Assembly (NCBI GenBank): GCA_964651385.1
Contig: CAZYYM010000001.1
Span: 8,688-72,687, forward strand
Source: an uncultured Gammaproteobacteria bacterium
Lineage (GTDB): Bacteria; Pseudomonadota; Gammaproteobacteria; GCA-001735895
Length of the DNA stretch: 64,000 bases
Reading direction: 5' to 3'
Numbering within the stretch: the first letter of the stretch is position 1; every line of letters begins with the position of its first letter. Position numbers and translations under genes: made by a program. Below, piece by piece: positions 59,262-64,000 of the stretch. The notes under the pieces were generated by a model that was given only the letters and a program-made list of their open reading frames with translations, ran no database searches and was not told where the DNA came from.

Positions 59262-59507
59262 ATGCCGAAAAATAATGACCAATTGAAGGACTTTGAAAAA
59301 TCGTTGTCACAACTTGAAAAAATCGTCAATCGCATGGAAGGCGGTGATCTCGGGCTTGAAGAGTCGCTCAATCAGTTTGAAAAAGGTATCGAACTAGCGA
59401 AGAGTTGCCAGGACACATTGAGCAATGCCGAATTACGCGTCGAGCAGCTCATAGAGAAAAACGGACTACAGCAAACCATGCCTTTCGAAGACTTCGATGA
59501 AGATTAA
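59262..59507 (+). CDS. xseB: Exodeoxyribonuclease VII small subunit
   Basis: 81 aa with FEKSLSQLEKIVNRMEGGDLGLEESL. Confidence 0.9.
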   Translation: MPKNNDQLKDFEKSLSQLEKIVNRMEGGDLGLEESLNQFEKGIELAKSCQDTLSNAELRVEQLIEKNGLQQTMPFEDFDED

Positions 59508-60402
59508 CAAAGAGACTTTCGAATCATTACTTGAAGACTACCAGCAACGTGTCAATCATGCACTTCACCACTGGTTACCCATCGAGTCTGTTAATCCAAT
59601 AAAATTACATAAAGCGATGCGATATGCGGTCCTGGCGCCGGGTAAGCGTGTGCGCCCAGTGCTGGTTTATGCGACAGCTGCGGCTCTGGGGATTCATCTA
59701 GAACGGGTTGATGGGCTGGCTGCGGCTGTTGAAATGATTCATGCCTATTCTCTGATCCACGATGATCTACCCGCTATGGACGATGACAATTTACGCCGTG
59801 GTCGACCAACCTGTCATATAGAATTTGACGAAGCAACAGCCATCCTGGCTGGTGATGCATTGCAGGCCCTGGCATTTTATGTGATTAGCCACGATAAAAA
59901 TATGATCAGGGACAGTCGTGCGCGCCTGAAAATGGTTGAAAAGCTATCTTTGTTTTCGGGTTCCAGGGGCATGGCAGGCGGGCAGGCTATAGATCTTGCC
60001 GCAGTCGGCCAACCTCTCAACATTACCGAGCTGGAAACCATGCATATTCATAAAACCGGCGCACTAATTCGAACCTGCGTGCAATTCGCTGCATTGAGTG
60101 CCGGCGATTTAGGCGACGAAAAATTTAAGGCCCTCGACAGCTACGCTAAAGCGATAGGTTTATCTTTTCAGGTACAGGATGATATCCTCGACGTTACTGG
60201 TAATACAGAAACTCTCGGCAAACCTCAGGGCTCCGATATAAAACACAACAAACCAACATTCCCTTCAATTATCGGATTACACGCTTCACGCGAGAAAGCG
60301 GCGGAGTTGCATCGCCAAGCTTTGCATTCTCTATCGATATTTAATGAGGAAGCCGACATTTTGAGGTATATTTCTGCCTGGTTTGTAGAGCGCACTCACT
60401 AG
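59497..60402 (+). CDS. ispA: (2E,6E)-farnesyl diphosphate synthase
   Basis: 301 aa with the aspartate-rich motifs LIHDDLPAMDDD and VQDDILD. Confidence 0.9.
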   Translation: MKINKETFESLLEDYQQRVNHALHHWLPIESVNPIKLHKAMRYAVLAPGKRVRPVLVYATAAALGIHLERVDGLAAAVEMIHAYSLIHDDLPAMDDDNLRRGRPTCHIEFDEATAILAGDALQALAFYVISHDKNMIRDSRARLKMVEKLSLFSGSRGMAGGQAIDLAAVGQPLNITELETMHIHKTGALIRTCVQFAALSAGDLGDEKFKALDSYAKAIGLSFQVQDDILDVTGNTETLGKPQGSDIKHNKPTFPSIIGLHASREKAAELHRQALHSLSIFNEEADILRYISAWFVERTH

Positions 60403-60408
60403 CATCTT

Positions 60409-62265
60409 ATGACATCAGATCTTTTCCCGTTACTGAACACAATCCATTCGCCAACGGATTTACGTTCACTTGATGAGGGCCAGTTACCACAGCTGGCTGA
60501 TGAGCTGCGTGCATTTCTAATTCAAAGCCTGTCTAAAACGGGTGGACATCTTGCATCGGGTCTGGGTTCGGTCGAAATTACTATCGCCCTGCATTATTTA
60601 TTTGATACACCAAACGACCGACTGATCTGGGACGTTGGTCATCAATGTTATCCGCATAAAATTCTCACAGGTCGACGCGACCAAATGCCGATGTTGCGAC
60701 AGAAAGGCGGCCTCTCCGGATTTCCGAAAATAACCGAGTCAGAATATGACCATTTTGGAGCGGGTCATTCCAGCACCTCAATTAGCGCCGCACTGGGCAT
60801 GGCGATAGCCGCCAAGGCCCGTAATGAGGATCGTAAAACCATTGCAGTTATCGGCGACGGCGGCATGACCGCTGGTATGGCTTATGAAGCACTAAATCAT
60901 GGCGGATGTATCGACACCGACTTACTCGTCATCTTAAACGATAACGAAATGTCCATATCGCCAAATGTCGGTGCCATGTCTAAATATTTGTCACGCATCT
61001 GGTCGGGAAAATTTTATTCCAATATGCGGGCCGGTAGTAAAAAAGTTTTACAGCAAATACCTTCGGCCTGGGAGCTTGCCAGACGAGCAGAAGAACACGT
61101 CAAGGGTATGATAGTACCCGGCACCCTTTTTGAAGAATTGGGTTTTTCCTATTATGGTCCGATAGACGGACATAATCTTCAAGATATCATTCCATTGATT
61201 AAAAACATGCAGCATCTGTCCAGCCCGCGACTACTTCATATCGTCACTCAAAAGGGTAAAGGATATGAACCAGCCGAGGCCGATGCCTGTAAATTTCATG
61301 GTGTGGGTCCGTACAATGCTGAAACCGGGGAGGTCGCTTCGACGAGTAAACCCGGTATGCAGTCTTATACCCAGATCTTTTCCGACTGGTTAGTACAAAA
61401 AGGCGAAGAAGAGCCTTTACTCCATGCAATCACACCGGCGATGAGAGAGGGGTCCGGCCTGGTTCAATTTTCCGAAGTGTTACCAAATCGGTACCATGAT
61501 GTCGGTATTGCCGAGCAACATTCGGTTACTCTTGCTGCAGGCATGGCACAGGAGGGATTAAAACCAGTCGTTGCAATTTATTCTACCTTTCTACAACGCG
61601 CCTACGACCAATTTATTCACGATGTGGCCATCCAGGGACTCGATGTTACTTTTGCAGTCGATCGCGCCGGCATTGTTGGTGCCGATGGGGCTACTCATAG
61701 CGGCAACTTCGATATTGCTTATTGCCGTAGTATTCCCGGTGTCATACTGCTGGCCCCCGCCAATGGCAAGGATATGTTTGAGCTACTAAATACCGCTTAT
61801 CAATACCCGGGGCCCGCACTGGTTCGCTATCCACGCGATAATACCGAAAAACCTGATCGAGTCGATACAGAAAAAACGGCCCAACTTGGTAAAGCAGTGG
61901 TGATACGAGAGGGTAAGCATACCGCTTTGCTTGTCTTCGGGACACAGCTCGATATTGCCGCTGAAATCGCAGCATCTCTTGACCTTACGCTTGTTAACAT
62001 GCGCTTTATCAAGCCACTTGACGAGACACTTATCGATACTCTGGCCTCCGACCATGAAAACCTGGTGACACTAGAAGACGGTTGCATCCTGGGTGGCGCA
62101 GGCAGTGCAGTACTGGAATATCTGAATTCAAAACGAATAATGAACCCCTGTTTAATTCTGGGACTTTCCGATCGGTTTCCCTCCCAGGGCAGTCGTCAAC
62201 AGGTACTTGAAGAATATGGACTCGACAAAGCCGGAATCGAACAATCTATACGAAATTTTATATAG
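60409..62265 (+). CDS. dxs: 1-deoxy-D-xylulose-5-phosphate synthase
   Basis: 618 aa with GGHLASGLG, GDGGMTAGMAYEALN and a transketolase-like C-terminus. Confidence 0.95.
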   Translation: MTSDLFPLLNTIHSPTDLRSLDEGQLPQLADELRAFLIQSLSKTGGHLASGLGSVEITIALHYLFDTPNDRLIWDVGHQCYPHKILTGRRDQMPMLRQKGGLSGFPKITESEYDHFGAGHSSTSISAALGMAIAAKARNEDRKTIAVIGDGGMTAGMAYEALNHGGCIDTDLLVILNDNEMSISPNVGAMSKYLSRIWSGKFYSNMRAGSKKVLQQIPSAWELARRAEEHVKGMIVPGTLFEELGFSYYGPIDGHNLQDIIPLIKNMQHLSSPRLLHIVTQKGKGYEPAEADACKFHGVGPYNAETGEVASTSKPGMQSYTQIFSDWLVQKGEEEPLLHAITPAMREGSGLVQFSEVLPNRYHDVGIAEQHSVTLAAGMAQEGLKPVVAIYSTFLQRAYDQFIHDVAIQGLDVTFAVDRAGIVGADGATHSGNFDIAYCRSIPGVILLAPANGKDMFELLNTAYQYPGPALVRYPRDNTEKPDRVDTEKTAQLGKAVVIREGKHTALLVFGTQLDIAAEIAASLDLTLVNMRFIKPLDETLIDTLASDHENLVTLEDGCILGGAGSAVLEYLNSKRIMNPCLILGLSDRFPSQGSRQQVLEEYGLDKAGIEQSIRNFI

Positions 62266-62413
62266 CAATTATCTATAATGATAGGCGAGCGATGACAATT
62301 AAGCACGTTTACCCGTTATTTGTTGGCGTCCACTTTCTTATTCACATACAATTACTCGCGATGTGACCTGATAATAGGTTGCAGGTTTCCTTATTATTAC
62401 TGAGTAAGTAGTT

Positions 62414-62623
62414 ATGTCTGATTTAGTATCTGGCACGGTTAAATGGTTTAACGACGCAAAAGGGTATGGATTTATTTCCCAGGAAGGCGGTAAAGATGTT
62501 TTCGTCCATTTTAGTGCTATTCAAGGCGAAGGTCATAAAACTTTGCAGCAGGGACAGGCAGTAACCATGAAAGTAACTGACGGTGCAAAAGGCCCTCAAG
62601 CTGAAGATGTTTCACCCGCCTGA
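62414..62623 (+). CDS. cspA: Cold-shock protein, CspA family
   Basis: 69 aa with the KGYGFI (RNP1) and VFVHF (RNP2) motifs. Confidence 0.9.
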   Translation: MSDLVSGTVKWFNDAKGYGFISQEGGKDVFVHFSAIQGEGHKTLQQGQAVTMKVTDGAKGPQAEDVSPA

Positions 62624-62996
62624 ATAAGGCGAAAAAACGTTCAGTTACCGGATAGTTTTTTGATCCGGAATATACGCAGAGCAGTGGTCTCCCCGCTGCC
62701 ACATACACAGTTCTGGAATAATATTTGGGACCAGAACCTGACCGAGTGCGGTTTGCAAAAAGTAATCTTCCATTTATCCCAATCGAATACCTCAACTTTT
62801 TCCATTACACTAACACAAATTAATTTAGTTCCTGAGTGCTTACTGGCTATTTGCCTATCCAGTGCACCTCAGTATAATAACCAACCATTTTACTCGGTTA
62901 AAGGCGTCCTGGCCTGCCTCGCATGTCAAACTTTAAAAACTGCCAGTCCAGTGCGTTACCGGCTATACGAAACATAAGTTGCGCGGAGATTAAACT

Positions 62997-63809
62997 ATGA
63001 ACCACTCCATCAGCCCGGATGTTGTTATACCTGATATCCAGGGTTCGAAAGATACCCGCAAGCTTGCCATTAACAAGGTTGGTATCAAGGATATACGTCA
63101 TCCGGTTATCGTCAAAGATCGCTCCGAGGGTGTACAACATACCATTGCTACCTTTGATATGTATGTGTTTCTGCCGCATCAGTTTAAAGGCACACACATG
63201 TCACGCTTCGTTAAAATTTTAAATGACCATGAAAAAGAAATTACGTTCTCTTCTTTCAATGGCATGTTAACCGAAATGGCCGATTTGCTCGAAGCAAAAT
63301 CAGGGAATATCGAGATGCGCTTCCCTTACTTCGTCGAAAAAAAGGCGCCGGTTTCGGGAGTGCGATCGCTGCTCGATTACGATGTGACATTTATCGGAGA
63401 GATTGACGAGGGCTTGACCTCAACACGAGTCAAGATTCAAATACCTGTCACCAGCCTGTGTCCGTGCTCAAAGTCTATATCCGATTATGGCGCGCATAAT
63501 CAGCGTTCCCATGTTACCGTCAACGCGAAAACCAGTGGGTTTTTCTGGCTGGAAGAAATTATCGACATCGTCGAGAAACAGGCTTCATGTCAGCTTTACG
63601 GTTTATTGAAACGGCCGGATGAGAAATTTGTCACTGAGCGTGCATATGACAATCCCAAGTTTGTTGAAGATATGGTGCGGGATATAGCCGGTGAATTGAA
63701 CAAAGACGAGCGTATCCGTCAGTATGTACTGGAGTCGGAGAATTTTGAGTCGATTCATAACCATTCTGCATATGCCATGATTGAGTACGATAAAGATCGA
63801 CAACTATAG
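62997..63809 (+). CDS. folE2: GTP cyclohydrolase I type 2 (FolE2/MptA family)
   Basis: 270 aa with the [15 protein letters not shown] and HNQRS motifs characteristic of FolE2. Confidence 0.9.
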   Translation: MNHSISPDVVIPDIQGSKDTRKLAINKVGIKDIRHPVIVKDRSEGVQHTIATFDMYVFLPHQFKGTHMSRFVKILNDHEKEITFSSFNGMLTEMADLLEAKSGNIEMRFPYFVEKKAPVSGVRSLLDYDVTFIGEIDEGLTSTRVKIQIPVTSLCPCSKSISDYGAHNQRSHVTVNAKTSGFFWLEEIIDIVEKQASCQLYGLLKRPDEKFVTERAYDNPKFVEDMVRDIAGELNKDERIRQYVLESENFESIHNHSAYAMIEYDKDRQL

Positions 63810-63813
63810 AGAT

Positions 63814-64000
63814 TCACCAATCTTCCAAGGCCCGTTTAGCGATTTCATTAGCGGGTCTTGCGATAAGACCTGCCTGGTTAATCGAAATATTAAAGGCAGC
63901 AGCATGTTGCAGCGGCAAAAATACGGCCTGACCATAATAGGCATCTATAAAGGGTAAATTCGATTTCATCAGACGTTTCAATTCCCAGAGATTAAGACCC
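63814..64000 (-). CDS. Hypothetical protein. Partial: C-terminal 61 codons only, with the N-terminus beyond the right edge.
   Basis: My minus-strand translation reads ...LNLWELKRLMKSNLPFIDAYYGQAVFLPLQHAAAFNISINQAGLIARPANEIAKRALEDW then stop (TGA, reverse complement of 63814-63816). I recognise no family. Confidence 0.35.
   Translation of the reverse strand, partial: GLNLWELKRLMKSNLPFIDAYYGQAVFLPLQHAAAFNISINQAGLIARPANEIAKRALEDW

Noticed and set aside
59262-62265. xseB-ispA-dxs cluster
   Set aside because: This is a classical conserved operon, as in E. coli. It has nothing unusual beyond the normal 11-nt overlap of xseB and ispA.

Overview
This 64-kb window looks like ordinary, densely packed chromosome from a gammaproteobacterium, probably a marine sulfur oxidiser. 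That inference rests on soxXYZA plus rhodanese/TusA genes, and the taxon cannot be fixed from sequence alone. I support about 60 protein genes. By eye I found no rRNA, tRNA, CRISPR array, transposase, integrase, phage gene, toxin-antitoxin pair or restriction/defence gene. Left to right the content is: a fadL/VolA-like surface lipase pair and a minimal SET-domain gene; pcm-like methyltransferase, rhodanese and tolC; an LPS inner-core locus (lpxL, waaA, kdkA, two GT9 heptosyltransferase-like genes, an O-antigen-ligase-family gene, hldD, hldE) carrying three less usual genes (TagF-like, GDPD-like, LTA-synthase-like); mtaB; soxXYZA; a BepA-like M48 protease; rhodanese and tusA; ilvIH, ilvC, pssA, leuA; a family-4 UDG and rimI; prfC; a DUF3187-like outer-membrane gene; arsR plus an ArsI/CadI-like gene; a secreted intradiol dioxygenase, an FkbM methyltransferase and a hydrolase-OsmC fusion; plsB; a co-directional block htpG, pilZ, flavoprotein, cNMP-like/HDOD, hslR; a cysK-like gene; an orphan secreted TPR-like protein; rpsP, rimM, trmD, rplS; ffh; a plsC-like gene and a class II cyclic-nucleotide phosphodiesterase; ypjD and a corC-like gene; radA; xseB, ispA, dxs; cspA; folE2. 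I do not see a clear-cut novel system such as a defence island. The two best candidates for something undescribed are (1) the tightly packed block behind a sigma-32-like promoter that places a PilZ c-di-GMP receptor, a renalase-like flavoprotein and a cNMP-like/HDOD protein between htpG and hslR, and (2) the glycerophosphate-type modification genes embedded in the LPS core locus. All functional calls come from motif and family recognition in the translated ORFs. No database search was run.
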